Numbered from the stretch's first letter, positions 9,704-19,761 are shown. The stretch is 64,000 bases of DNA from an uncultured Gemmatimonadales bacterium (GCA_963783385.1 CAWANJ010000009.1:192001-256000), one strand, 5' to 3'. Notes: a model not told the origin generated them from the letters alone. Numbers and translations are program-made.

Positions 9704-9868
9704 TGAGAAGGGGACGAACTGGAACGGCGGCGGGTCGTTCCGCGCCCGATTGAGCCATCCGATTTCCACGCCGTCGAGGGCGTCGACGTCGTTGTAAAGG
9801 CCGATCACCAGCCGGGTCCCGCGTCCCCGGACCCGGCTCCAGCCCGCCACGGGGCCGGGGGCGGCCAT
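9684..9868 (-). pseudogene. C-terminal remnant of a glycine-rich repeat surface protein (LA_2272-like)
   Basis: VIGLYNDVDALDGVEIGWLNRARNDPPPFQFVP, then a one-base shift at a C4 run gives LLINVHLR-stop. This resembles the GxQIGxxN repeats and terminal motif of that family. Confidence 0.45.
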
Positions 9869-10033
9869 CAGCGCTCCGCCACTCCGACGCAGAGGCCGAG
9901 AAGCAGCGGCCGGGAGCCGGGCCGCGACCTTCCTGCGGTGATCGCCGACCGCGGGTCGCGCCGGACACGGCCGACCGTTCCGCGTTCGCGCAGCGCCCGC
10001 GTGGCGTAGTCCTCCGTGCGGTACCGGGTCGGG

Positions 10034-10063
10034 TTGCATCAGAATCAGGACCGGCGATATGGT
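10034..10063 (+). promoter_or_regulatory. Candidate sigma70 promoter for the TonB-dependent receptor
   Basis: TTGCAT-18 bp-TATGGT upstream of RBS AAGGAG and ATG 10140. Confidence 0.3.
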
Positions 10064-10139
10064 GGGCCGGTGATCCACGGCCGTATGCCGTATCCGGCGT
10101 GCGGGCCGCGCTGTTTGACCAGCATGCGGAAGGAGCACG

Positions 10140-12861
10140 ATGATGCGACGTCTCCAGTCCGTCTTCGGGACGGTCCTGGTGGCCCTCCTGCTGATCGCGG
10201 CCGGACCCCGGCCGGGTCTGGCTCAGGGCACCATCCAGGGCCGGGTCACCGATCAGGATGGGAAGCCGTTGTCGGGCGCTCAGGTGACCGTGAAGGGGAC
10301 CCAGCTCGGGGCCCTCACGAACAATGCCGGGCGCTACTCGATCTCCGGCGTCCCGGCGGGCACTCAGACGGTGCAAGCGGAGCTGATCGGCCATGGCACG
10401 AAGACCGCGCGTGTCCGGGTCGGCGAAGGGCTGACCGCCACCCAGGACTTCGTCCTCTCCACGGAGGCGGTACAGAGCCCAGGAGATCCGCGTCATCGGT
10501 TCCCGGGCCTACCACACGGCGGCCGAGGAGCTGCCGGTGCCGGTGGACGTGTACACGACGGAGGCGATCCAGTCGACGGGGACCACCGAGACGTCGATGA
10601 TCCTCCAGCAGCTCTCCCCGTCCGTGAACTTCCCGCATCAGACGGTGGCCGACGGTACGGACGCGAGCCGGCCGTTCACCCTGCGCGGTCTGAGCCCGGA
10701 CCACACGCTCGTCCTCATCAACGGGCATCGTCGGCATCCCACGGCGCTGGTGCACCGCCTCGGCTCCGGCATCCAGGAGGGCTCGAGCGGCGTGGACATG
10801 AACGCCATCCCCTCCAACTCGATCTCGCGCATGGAGGTGCTGCGGGACGGCGCCGCGGCCCAGTATGGCTCCGATGCCATCGCGGGCGTGGTGAACCTGG
10901 TGCTGAAGTCCGGCGTGCGGCCGCCGGAGTTCACCTACCGGGTCGGCGGCTACGTCACCAACGGCTTCAAGAACGACGGGCTCACCAACGACGTGCTGGG
11001 GAGCTACGGGCTGCCGATCGCGGGCGGCTCGCTGGACATCTTCGGGGAGTATCGCTACTCGAATCCCACCAACCGGGCCGGCGCCGATCCGCGCGACCAG
11101 ATCACGGCCGGTGACGGCGACCAGGTCGTGGACGGCAAGGTCGTCCAGCAGAACAACCCGGTTCCGCAGCCCAACCATCACTGGGGCGACGGCAAGGCCG
11201 AGGACGCCCTGATCTGGTGGAACGGCGCCGTGCCGCTGGGCGGCAAGACGCAGCAACAGGGCGGCACCGAGTTCTACACATACGGCGGCTACAGCCACCG
11301 GAACGCCACGGGCAACGGGTTCTACCGGCGGGCCCTGGATTCCCGGAACTGGCCCCAGATCTATCCGATGGGCTACCTGCCCGAGTTCAGCGACCCGGTC
11401 GAGGACCTGCAAGTTTCCGGCGGTTTCCGAGGCGTGGCGGGAGGCTGGAACTGGGACTTCGACGGCAACTACGGCCGCAACCGCTTCGACTTCAACATCG
11501 TCAACTCGCTCAACGTATCGCTGGGGCCGAGCATCCCGCCCAACCAGACGAGCTTCTTCGCGGGCTCGGAGATCCTGAACCAGTACACGGCCAGCCTGGA
11601 CGTGTCGAAGGCGTTCGAGGCGGGCCTGGCCGGCGGGCCGCTGAACGTGGCCTGGGGCGGTGCCCTGCGGCGTGAGAACTACCAGGTCGTACCCGGAGAG
11701 AAGAACTCCTACATTCTCGGGCCGAGCCCGAACCAGTTCGGCGGTTCCGCCGCGCCGGGCTCGCAGGTGTTCCCGGGCTTCGAGCCGGCCAGCGCGGCCG
11801 ACGCGTCGCGCACCAACGTCGGCGGTTACGTGGATGTCGAGTTGCCGTTCAGCCAGCAGTTCCTGGCCGACGTGGCCGGGCGCTACGAGCACTACAGCGA
11901 CTTCGGCTCCACGGTGAGCGGCAAGCTGGCGATGCGCTACCAGCCCTCTCGCCGGGTGACCCTCCGGGCCGCCATCAGCAACGGCTTCAGGGCCCCCAAC
12001 CTCGCTCAGGAGTACTTCTCCAAGATCTCGACCATCTTCCAGACCGACCCGAACACGGGCCTGACCGTGCCGTACGAGGTCGGGCTGTTCCGGGTGGGGA
12101 GCGACGTGGCCAAGGCGCTGGGCGCCAAGCCGCTCAAGAACGAGCGCTCGCTCAACCTGAGCGGCGGCATGGCGGTGAGCCCGGTCGACAACCTCACGCT
12201 CACGGCCGACGCGTTCTTCATCAAGATCTGGGACCGGATCATCCTGTCCGGGAACCTGAGCGGGCCGGTGATCCAGGCGCTGGTCGCGCCTTACGGGGCC
12301 GAGCAGGCCGCAGTTCTTCTCGAACGCGATCGACACGAAGACGTACGGGGTCGACGTGACGGCCAACTACCGGGTGCTGCTCGACAACGGCGGCACGCTG
12401 CAGCTGACGGGGTCGTTCAACTGGACGCGAGAACCGGCTGGTCGGCGCGGTGCGCAACCCGCCCGAGCTCGCCGGCCTGCAGGACGAGATCTTCGGGTTC
12501 AGCGCCCGCACGGCACTGGAGAGTGAGCACCCGGCGACGATCACCAAGACCCGCATGCAGTATAGCCAGGGCAAGTTCGACACGTCCCTGGGCATGACCT
12601 ACTATGGCTCGCTCCTGGTGGCGGACACGGATCCGACCCAGGTGCAGAAGCTGTCGCCCAAGGCGCTGTGGGACGCGTCGGTCGGGCTGCAGTTCCTGCC
12701 GCAGATCAAGCTCATCGGTGGGCGGCCGGAACCTCTTCGACACGTACCCGGACCTGACCATACCGGTGAACAGCTTCAACGGGATCTTCCGCTATCCCCG
12801 ATCCTCGCCCTTCGGCTTCAACGGGCGGTTCGTGTATGCGGAGACGCAGATCACCCTGTAA
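10140..12861 (+). CDS. TonB-dependent receptor with N-terminal carboxypeptidase-regulatory-like domain (four apparent +1 frameshifts)
   Basis: Signal peptide, GTIQGRVTD, plug motifs LRGLSPDHTLVLINGHR and EVLRDGAAAQYGSDAIAGVVN, GFRAPNL, NLFDTYP...PFGFNGRFVY. Split over several frames with extra bases near 10476, 12310, 12431 and 12717. Confidence 0.88.
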
Positions 12862-12886
12862 CCTGCAGCCCGGAGCAACGCAGAAC

Positions 12887-12916
12887 GGCGCGGGGCCCCC
12901 TCGGGGGCCCCGTGCC
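12887..12916 (+). terminator. GC-rich hairpin after the TonB receptor (terminator or stabiliser)
   Basis: GGCGCGGGGCCCC-CTCG-GGGGCCCCGTGCC stem-loop with only a weak pyrimidine tail (CTTCCT). Confidence 0.55.
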
Positions 12917-12942
12917 CTTCCTACCCGGATCCAGGAGGACGG

Positions 12943-14718
12943 ATGACATCGCGAGCGCGGATCGCAGCGATCCGTGGAACCGTGTGCCTCGCTCTCGGCC
13001 TGCCGCTGGCGATTGCGGGTTGCAGGGGCGCGGGGACGGACCGGACGCCGTGGGCCGCACCCTCGGCGTATACGTTCCCGGCCGGCTGGCCCTACCCGGC
13101 CGATGCCCGTGCGACGGAGGCGCCGCACGGCGTGGTGGCCTCCTCCGACAGCCTGGCCAGTGCGGCCGGCGTCGAGATCTTGCGGGCGGGGGGCAACGCG
13201 ATGGACGCCGCCATCGCCGTCCAGTTCGCCCTCGAGGTCGTGCACCCGTTCGCCGGGAACATCGGAGGCGGAGGCTTCGCCGTCGTCCGGACGGCGGACG
13301 GTCAGAACGGGGCGCTGGACTTTCGGGAGAAGGCGCCGCTGGCGGCCACCCACGACATGTACGTCGATTCGTCCGGCCACGTGACGCGCCAGAGCTGGAC
13401 GGGGCCGCTGGCGGCCGGTGTGCCGGGCTCGGTAGCGGGCATGCAGGCCCTGCACGAGCGCTACGGATCGCTCCCGTGGGCGCGCCTCCTCGAACCGGCC
13501 ATCCGCATGGCCCGGGACGGCATCGTCGTCCGGCGGCATTTCCACGATGCCATCGCGCGCTCCGCGGACCGGCTGGCCAGGTTCGCGCCGAGCGCGGCGA
13601 TCTACCTGCCAGACGGGGCGCCGCCCGAGGTCGGGTCCACCTTCAAGCAGCCCGAGCTGGCGCGGACGCTCCAGGCCATCGCCGGCCAGGGAGCTTCGGC
13701 CTTCTACCACGGCTGGATCGCCGATTCGCTCGTGGCCGAGCAGAAGCGGGATGGAGGCATCATCACGCAGGCCGACCTGGATCAGTACAAGGCCGTGTGG
13801 CGTGACCCGATCGTGACCCACTACCGGGGCCGCACCATCATCTCCATGCCACCGCCCTCCTCGGGTGGCGTGACGCTGGGGGAGATGCTGAACGTCCTGG
13901 GCGACTTCGATCTGGCCAAGATGGGCTGGCACTCGCCCGACGCCATCCACGTGATGGTGGAATCCATGCGGCGCGCCTACGGGGACCGGAACTACTACCT
14001 GGGCGACCCCGACTTCGTGAAGATGCCGATCGCGCAGCTCCTGTCGGAGCAGCACGCCGACTCGCTGCGCTCCTCCATCGACATGCAGCATGCCTCGCCC
14101 TCGAGCGCGTTCAACAAGGTGCCGGTCGAGTCCACCGAGACGACCCACTACTCGGTGGTCGACTCGGCCGGCGACGCGGTCGCGATCACGACCACGCTGA
14201 ACGGCGGCTTCGGGTCGGCGGTCACGGTGCGGGGCGCCGGCTTCCTGCTCAACAACGAAATGGACGACTTCGCGGCACAGCCGGGGACGCCGAACGCCTA
14301 CGGGCTCGTCCAGGGCGAGGCCAACGCCATCGCGCCCGGCAAGCGCATGCTCTCCTCGATGACCCCGACCCTGCTCCTGGACGAGGGCGGACGACTCGAG
14401 CTGGTGACAGGCTCGCCGGGCGGCTCGACCATCATCACGTCGGTGCTCCAGGTGATCACGGACCAGATCGACTTCGGGCTGCCGCCCCAGGCGGCCGTGA
14501 ACGCGCCTCGCTTCCATCACCAGAACCTGCCGAACGAGGTCTTCTACGAGCACGGCGGGCTCGACTCGGCGGTCATCGCCGCGCTGGAGAGCCGAGGGCA
14601 CAAGCTCCGGGAGCGGGACGGCACGTGGGGGGACGTCGAGTCGATCTTCGTGGGCGCGGACGGGACGCTGTACGGGGCGTCCGACCCGCGCGGCGGCGGC
14701 AAACCGGTCGGGTACTGA
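12943..14718 (+). CDS. ggt: Gamma-glutamyltransferase, predicted lipoprotein
   Basis: Lipobox-like IAGC, GGNAMDAA, GNIGGGGF, DFREKAP, ETTHYS (catalytic Thr), LNNEMDDF, PGKRMLSSMTP, GSPGGS, SDPR. Confidence 0.95.
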   Translation: MTSRARIAAIRGTVCLALGLPLAIAGCRGAGTDRTPWAAPSAYTFPAGWPYPADARATEAPHGVVASSDSLASAAGVEILRAGGNAMDAAIAVQFALEVVHPFAGNIGGGGFAVVRTADGQNGALDFREKAPLAATHDMYVDSSGHVTRQSWTGPLAAGVPGSVAGMQALHERYGSLPWARLLEPAIRMARDGIVVRRHFHDAIARSADRLARFAPSAAIYLPDGAPPEVGSTFKQPELARTLQAIAGQGASAFYHGWIADSLVAEQKRDGGIITQADLDQYKAVWRDPIVTHYRGRTIISMPPPSSGGVTLGEMLNVLGDFDLAKMGWHSPDAIHVMVESMRRAYGDRNYYLGDPDFVKMPIAQLLSEQHADSLRSSIDMQHASPSSAFNKVPVESTETTHYSVVDSAGDAVAITTTLNGGFGSAVTVRGAGFLLNNEMDDFAAQPGTPNAYGLVQGEANAIAPGKRMLSSMTPTLLLDEGGRLELVTGSPGGSTIITSVLQVITDQIDFGLPPQAAVNAPRFHHQNLPNEVFYEHGGLDSAVIAALESRGHKLRERDGTWGDVESIFVGADGTLYGASDPRGGGKPVGY

Positions 14719-14823
14719 CGGGGGAGGCGGACCCCGGGACGAGCGGGATCGGGCGCGTCCCGGGTCCGGTGTGGACCGCCGCCCGCCGCCCCGCCCGATT
14801 GCCGCGCGCGCGGCCAGCAGAGG

Positions 14824-14853
14824 TTAGCGCCGGTCCGTCGCACCGGTTATACT
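14824..14853 (+). promoter_or_regulatory. Candidate sigma70 promoter for the ylbF-like/pgsA/ino1 operon
   Basis: TTAGCG-18 bp-TATACT about 60 bp upstream of ATG 14914. Confidence 0.45.
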
Positions 14854-14913
14854 GACCCGTTCACGCGGGCAGGCATCTGCCGCGATCCGACCCCCACAAC
14901 CAATGGCGACGAC

Positions 14914-15306
14914 ATGCTCGAGCAGCCCGAGAAGGACCCGGACCGCCCCGAGCGAATCACCGAGAAGGCCGAGGAGCTCGGCCGTCTGATCAGCCAGACG
15001 GCCGAATACCGATACTTGCAGGCCGCCAACCGGGAGCTTTCCGACGACCGGGACGCGACGGAGCTCATCAACCGGGCGCGCGACCTCCAGGAGCGGGCCC
15101 TCGCCCACCTCGAGCGAGGAGAGCGTCCCCCCGAAGACGTCCGGGAGCAGCTGGACGAGGTACGCGGCGAGATCCAGGGCAAGAGCCGCTACCAGTCCCT
15201 GGTGGCCGCCCAGTCCAACTTCGACAAGCTCATGGACCGGGTGAACTCGGCGATCGGGCGCGGGATGAAGAAAGGCGAGGAGAGCCGGATCATCCTTCCT
15301 TCATGA
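14914..15306 (+). CDS. YlbF/YmcA (Com_YlbF) family helical protein
   Basis: EKAEELGRLISQTAEY...A...L..D..A..LI...YQSLVAAQ..FDKLMDRVN.AI pattern, 130 aa, predicted all-helical. Confidence 0.7.
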   Translation: MLEQPEKDPDRPERITEKAEELGRLISQTAEYRYLQAANRELSDDRDATELINRARDLQERALAHLERGERPPEDVREQLDEVRGEIQGKSRYQSLVAAQSNFDKLMDRVNSAIGRGMKKGEESRIILPS

Positions 15307-15956
15307 AGGGAATCCGAGAGGCGCTCGAACGCGGGCTCCGCGCCACCGTGGAGCCCGTGGTGGCCGCGCTCACCCGCTGGCGCGTCCATCCCAACGTCCT
15401 GAGCACCGCCGGGTTCGTGGTCACCTGCTCGTCGGGCTTCTTCTTCCACGAGCACCACGTGCGCACGGCCGGGGCGCTCATCCTTCTGGGTGGCGTGTTC
15501 GACCTGTTCGATGGCACGGTGGCGCGGCGGACCGGGCTGGCCTCGGCCTTCGGGGCCTTTTACGATTCGACGCTCGACCGCCTGTCCGAGATCATCGTGT
15601 ACCTGGGGCTCCTGTCCCTGTACAACGACTACCGGCTGGCGCTCGGCGACGTGGGCATGATCTACGCGGTCATGCTCGCCATGGCCGGGTCCGTGATGAT
15701 CAGCTACACGCGTGCCCGGGCCGAGGGGCTCGGCATCCCCTGCACGGTGGGACTCATGCAGCGAGCCGAGCGGGTGATCCTCATCGGGACGGCGGCTCTG
15801 GCGTTCGGTGAGCGCGGGCAGGGGCTCGTGCTCAAGGGCGTGATCATCCTGCTCGCCGTTCTCACGAACTTCACGTCGCTCCAGCGCATCGTCTGGGTGT
15901 GGCGCTACACGCGCCATCACGAGGTGACGGGCGGGGAGCCCGGGGCATCCAACTGA
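15303..15956 (+). CDS. CDP-alcohol phosphatidyltransferase, phosphatidylinositol-phosphate synthase-like
   Basis: PNVLS, DLFDGTVARRTG...FGAFYDSTLDR signature, SYTRARAEG and GLMQRAER. Adjacent to ino1. Confidence 0.85.
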   Translation: MKGIREALERGLRATVEPVVAALTRWRVHPNVLSTAGFVVTCSSGFFFHEHHVRTAGALILLGGVFDLFDGTVARRTGLASAFGAFYDSTLDRLSEIIVYLGLLSLYNDYRLALGDVGMIYAVMLAMAGSVMISYTRARAEGLGIPCTVGLMQRAERVILIGTAALAFGERGQGLVLKGVIILLAVLTNFTSLQRIVWVWRYTRHHEVTGGEPGASN

Positions 15957-15970
15957 GACTTGGCGAGGCG

Positions 15971-17317
15971 ATGAACGATACGAACGCAGGGACCGGCGGA
16001 GGCCGCCGCGACATCCGCCCGGCGCGGGGCAAGCTGGGCGTCCTCCTGGTCGGACTGGGGGCCGTGTCCACGACCTTCATCGCGGGGGTCGAATCGGTGA
16101 GGCGGGGCCGCAGCCGGCCGATCGGGTCGCTGACCCAGCTCAACACGATCCGGCTGGGCAAGCGCACCGAGGAGCGTGCACCGCTGCTCAAGGATTTCGT
16201 GCCCCTGGCCGACCTGGAGGACCTGGTGTTCGGGGCCTGGGACCCGATCCCCGACGACGCCTATGCGTCGGCGAAGCTCGCCGGCGTTCTGAGCCACGAG
16301 GACCTCGAGGCGGTGGGCGACTTCCTGAGCACCATCCGCCCCATGCCGGCCGTGTTCGACAAGAGCTACGTCAAGCGCCTGGACGGGTCCAACGTGAAGA
16401 AGGGCGCCGACAAGATGGAGCTGGCCGAGCAGCTCCGGGCGGACATCCGCGACTTCAAGGCCGAGCACGGCTGCGACCGCCTCGTCATGGTGTGGGCCGC
16501 TTCAACCGAGATCTATCTGAAGCGGCAGGACGTGCACGCCACCCTCGAGACGTTCGAGGAGGGCCTGCGCGCCAGCCACGAGGCCATCGCCCCGTCCATG
16601 ATCTACGCGTACGCGGCCCTGCAGGAGGGCGTGCCGTTCGCCAACGGCGCCCCCAACCTGACGGTGGACGTGCCGGCCCTCACCGACCTGGCGCGAGCCC
16701 GCGGGCTGCCGGTGGCAGGAAAGGACTTCAAGACGGGCCAGACCCTCATGAAGACCATCATCGCGCCGGGCCTCAAGGCGCGCATGCTCGGTCTGCGCGG
16801 GTGGTTCTCGACCAACATCCTCGGCAACCGGGACGGCGCGGTGCTGGACGACCCGCAGAGCTTCAAGACCAAGGAAGAGTCCAAGCTCGGGGTGCTCGAC
16901 TACATCCTCCAGCCCGACATGTACCCGGACCTGTACGGCGACTTCTATCACAAGGTGCGGATCAACTACTATCCGCCGCGGGGAGACGACAAGGAGGGTT
17001 GGGACAACATCGACATCGTCGGGTGGATGGGCTACCCGATGCAGATCAAGGTGGACTTCCTGTGCAAGGACTCCATCCTGGCGGCGCCGATCGTCCTGGA
17101 CCTCGCTCTCTTCCTGGACCTGGCCGCCCGGGCGGGGCTGTCCGGCATCCAGGAGTGGCTCTCCTTCTACTTCAAGAGCCCGCAGGTGGCCGAGGGGTTG
17201 TATCCGGAGCACGACCTGTTCATCCAGCACTGGAAGCTCAAGAACACGCTCCGCTGGCTGATGGGCGAGGAACAGATCACCCACCTGGGCATGGAGTACT
17301 ACGGCGAGCAGGAGTGA
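15971..17317 (+). CDS. ino1: Myo-inositol-1-phosphate synthase
   Basis: GLGAVS, WAASTE, FANGAP, GKDFKTGQT, STNILGNRDG, YYPPRGDDKE, DSILAAP, SFYFKSP. Confidence 0.95.
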   Translation: MNDTNAGTGGGRRDIRPARGKLGVLLVGLGAVSTTFIAGVESVRRGRSRPIGSLTQLNTIRLGKRTEERAPLLKDFVPLADLEDLVFGAWDPIPDDAYASAKLAGVLSHEDLEAVGDFLSTIRPMPAVFDKSYVKRLDGSNVKKGADKMELAEQLRADIRDFKAEHGCDRLVMVWAASTEIYLKRQDVHATLETFEEGLRASHEAIAPSMIYAYAALQEGVPFANGAPNLTVDVPALTDLARARGLPVAGKDFKTGQTLMKTIIAPGLKARMLGLRGWFSTNILGNRDGAVLDDPQSFKTKEESKLGVLDYILQPDMYPDLYGDFYHKVRINYYPPRGDDKEGWDNIDIVGWMGYPMQIKVDFLCKDSILAAPIVLDLALFLDLAARAGLSGIQEWLSFYFKSPQVAEGLYPEHDLFIQHWKLKNTLRWLMGEEQITHLGMEYYGEQE

Positions 17318-17374
17318 GGGCGTGCCCGCCGGAGGTCCGCGGCGCGCGTCCATTGGCGCGGGGGTAGCGAGGCC

Positions 17375-18010
17375 GTGACGCGGCCGCCCCGCGGCCTGTT
17401 CCTGGTGTTCGAGGGGATCGAGGGCGCCGGCAAGAGCACCCAGCTCCGCCGGGTGGCCGAGCGCCTCGCCCGTGCCGGCGTGGCCCACCTGGCCGTCCGC
17501 GAGCCGGGCGGCTCCCCCGTCGGGGAGCGCATCCGCCACGTCGTGCTCGATCCGGAGCTCGATCCCACGCCGGAGACGGAGCTGCTCCTGATGCTCGCCG
17601 CCCGGGCGGAGTTCGTGCGCCGGATCGTCCGTCCGGCCCTCGAGCGCGGCGAGGTCGTGCTGGCCGACCGTTACGAGCTCTCGACCTTCGCCTACCAGGG
17701 CGAGGCTCGCGGCCTCGGCCTGGAGCGGGTACGCAACCTCAACCGGTTCGCGACCGGTGGACTGCATCCGGACGCCACCCTCCTGCTGCTCCTGGATCCC
17801 GCGCTGGCCCGCGCCAGGCTGGACGAGGCGAAGGCCGACCGGATGGAGCGGGCCGGGTCGGCGTTCCACGCGGCGGTGGACCGGGCGTACCGGCGGTTCG
17901 CGGGAGAGGAGCCGGGCGTGATCCCGGTGCCCGCGGAGGGAGAGCCAGGGGTCGTCGCCGAGCGCGTGTGGTCGGCACTGGCGGAGCGCTGGCCGGACCG
18001 GTTCGCCTAG
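17375..18010 (+). CDS. tmk: Thymidylate kinase
   Basis: FEGIEGAGKST, REPGG, ADRY, AYQG, PD.TLLL, DRME. Confidence 0.95.
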   Translation: MTRPPRGLFLVFEGIEGAGKSTQLRRVAERLARAGVAHLAVREPGGSPVGERIRHVVLDPELDPTPETELLLMLAARAEFVRRIVRPALERGEVVLADRYELSTFAYQGEARGLGLERVRNLNRFATGGLHPDATLLLLLDPALARARLDEAKADRMERAGSAFHAAVDRAYRRFAGEEPGVIPVPAEGEPGVVAERVWSALAERWPDRFA

Positions 18011-18099
18011 GCGGCCGCGGTCGTGTCGGAAACATTCCAGTTCGGGCCGGGTGTTAGACCGAAGCCAGGACCCGGTACGTCGGACCCAGCGGAGGACGC

Positions 18100-19761
18100 A
18101 TGAAGCTCAAGCGATCGTGGATTCCCGCCCTCGTGGTCGCCCTCGTGGCCCTCGCCAGCGGCGGCTGGCTGCTCCAGCAGGGGACCCAGGACCAGGACGG
18201 AGCGATGTTCGAGGCCCGGCTCCTCCAGCAGGTCCACCGCATCGTGGCCGAGCGTTACGTGGACGACATCGGCTCGGCCAAGCTGTACAAGATGGCGATC
18301 GACGGAATGCTCGAGGAGCTCCACGACCCCTACAGCGTCCTGCTCGATTCGGCCGACTGGCAGGACCTCCAGCTGAGCACCACCGGGAACTACGGCGGCC
18401 TCGGCATCCGGATCGACAAGCAGGGTGATTGGATCACGGTCGTCGATGTCCTGCCCAACACGCCGGCCGAGCAGGAGGGCCTGCAGACGGGCGACCGGAT
18501 CCTCACCGTCGAGGGAAAGTCGGCGCAGGGGTGGACCACCACCAGGGCGGTCAACACCCTCAGGGGCCCGCAGGGCTCGTCGGTCCAGATCACTGTCGGC
18601 CGCGTGGGGGTGGACCGACCTCTGTCCTTCTCGATCGAGCGTCGGCAGGTGCACGTCGTATCGGTCCAGTCCTTCATGCTGCGCGACCACGTGGGCTACG
18701 TGCGCCTCGACCAGTTCAGTAGGGAAGCTCGCCAGGAGCTGCAGACGGCCATCGACAGCCTCAAGTCCCGGGGGGCGACCCGCCTGGTCTTCGACCTCCG
18801 GTACAACCCCGGCGGACTCCTGGAGGAAGGGGTGGCGGTAGCCGACCTGTTCGTGCCGAACGGCGCTCCGGTGGTGAGCACCCGCGGCCGCGTGGCCTCG
18901 GAGAACGAGACGTACGACGCCTCGGAGCCCGACCAGTATCCGGGCCTGCCCGTCGTCGTGCTCGTGAACGGCTACACCGCCAGCGCGGCCGAGATCGTCT
19001 CCGGGGCGCTCCAGGACCACGACCGGGCCCTGCTGGTGGGTACCACCACGTTCGGCAAGGGCCTGGTGCAGTCGCTCTACAACCTGCCGGGGGACAACCA
19101 CCTCAAGCTCACGACCGGGCGCTGGTACACTCCATCCGGCCGCGACATTCAGAAGCCGCACGGCCAGCAGGCCGAGGCCAACACCCTTCAGGCGAGCGCC
19201 GTCTCGATGACGGGCGAGCCCGTCCAGGTCGAGGCGGACACCGCCAACCGGAAGACCTATCACACGGACGACGGCCGGGTCGTGTACGGGGGCGGAGGGA
19301 TCACGCCCGACCTCCTCATCGCGACCGACACCCTGACGTCCCGGGAGCAGCTCCTGCGTTCCTCGCTCGCCAAGCAGGGCGTCACGGTGAGCATCGCCGC
19401 CTTCCAGTTCGGCGTGAAGTGGGCCAAGGCCCATCCGGACCTCCCCAGGGACTTCCAGGTCACGCCCGCCATGCGGGAGGCGTTTCTCAAGGCGCTGTCC
19501 GACAGGGCGGGCTCCCCGGTCGACCGGAGACTGTTCGACGACTCGAAGCCCTACGTGGACTGGCTGCTGGGTTACCAGGTGGCCAACGCGGCTTTCGGCG
19601 AGGTGGCGCAGCTCCAGCGGCAGTTCACCCTGGACGACCAGCTGCAGCGCTCGGTGGACCTGCTGGCGCAGGCGTCCTCTCCCAAGCAGCTGTTCGCGTT
19701 GGCGCAGCAGCAGAAGGACCACGCGGAGCGACCGGCCACGACCCCGACGTCGGGCAGGTAG
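18100..19761 (+). CDS. ctpA: S41 C-terminal processing peptidase (PDZ + S41)
   Basis: Signal anchor, DPYS, GLGI PDZ, DLRYNPGG, TASAAEI, TFGKGLVQ, GGGITPD. Confidence 0.9.
   Translation: MKLKRSWIPALVVALVALASGGWLLQQGTQDQDGAMFEARLLQQVHRIVAERYVDDIGSAKLYKMAIDGMLEELHDPYSVLLDSADWQDLQLSTTGNYGGLGIRIDKQGDWITVVDVLPNTPAEQEGLQTGDRILTVEGKSAQGWTTTRAVNTLRGPQGSSVQITVGRVGVDRPLSFSIERRQVHVVSVQSFMLRDHVGYVRLDQFSREARQELQTAIDSLKSRGATRLVFDLRYNPGGLLEEGVAVADLFVPNGAPVVSTRGRVASENETYDASEPDQYPGLPVVVLVNGYTASAAEIVSGALQDHDRALLVGTTTFGKGLVQSLYNLPGDNHLKLTTGRWYTPSGRDIQKPHGQQAEANTLQASAVSMTGEPVQVEADTANRKTYHTDDGRVVYGGGGITPDLLIATDTLTSREQLLRSSLAKQGVTVSIAAFQFGVKWAKAHPDLPRDFQVTPAMREAFLKALSDRAGSPVDRRLFDDSKPYVDWLLGYQVANAAFGEVAQLQRQFTLDDQLQRSVDLLAQASSPKQLFALAQQQKDHAERPATTPTSGR

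Noticed and set aside
9869-10139. Riboswitch upstream of the TonB receptor (cobalamin or TPP)
   Set aside because: No B12 box or TPP core motif was recognisable by eye. An Rfam scan would be decisive.
14729-14767. Hairpin after ggt (CCCGGGACG...CGTCCCGGG)
   Set aside because: It has a long loop and no U-tract, and such stems are expected by chance at this GC content.
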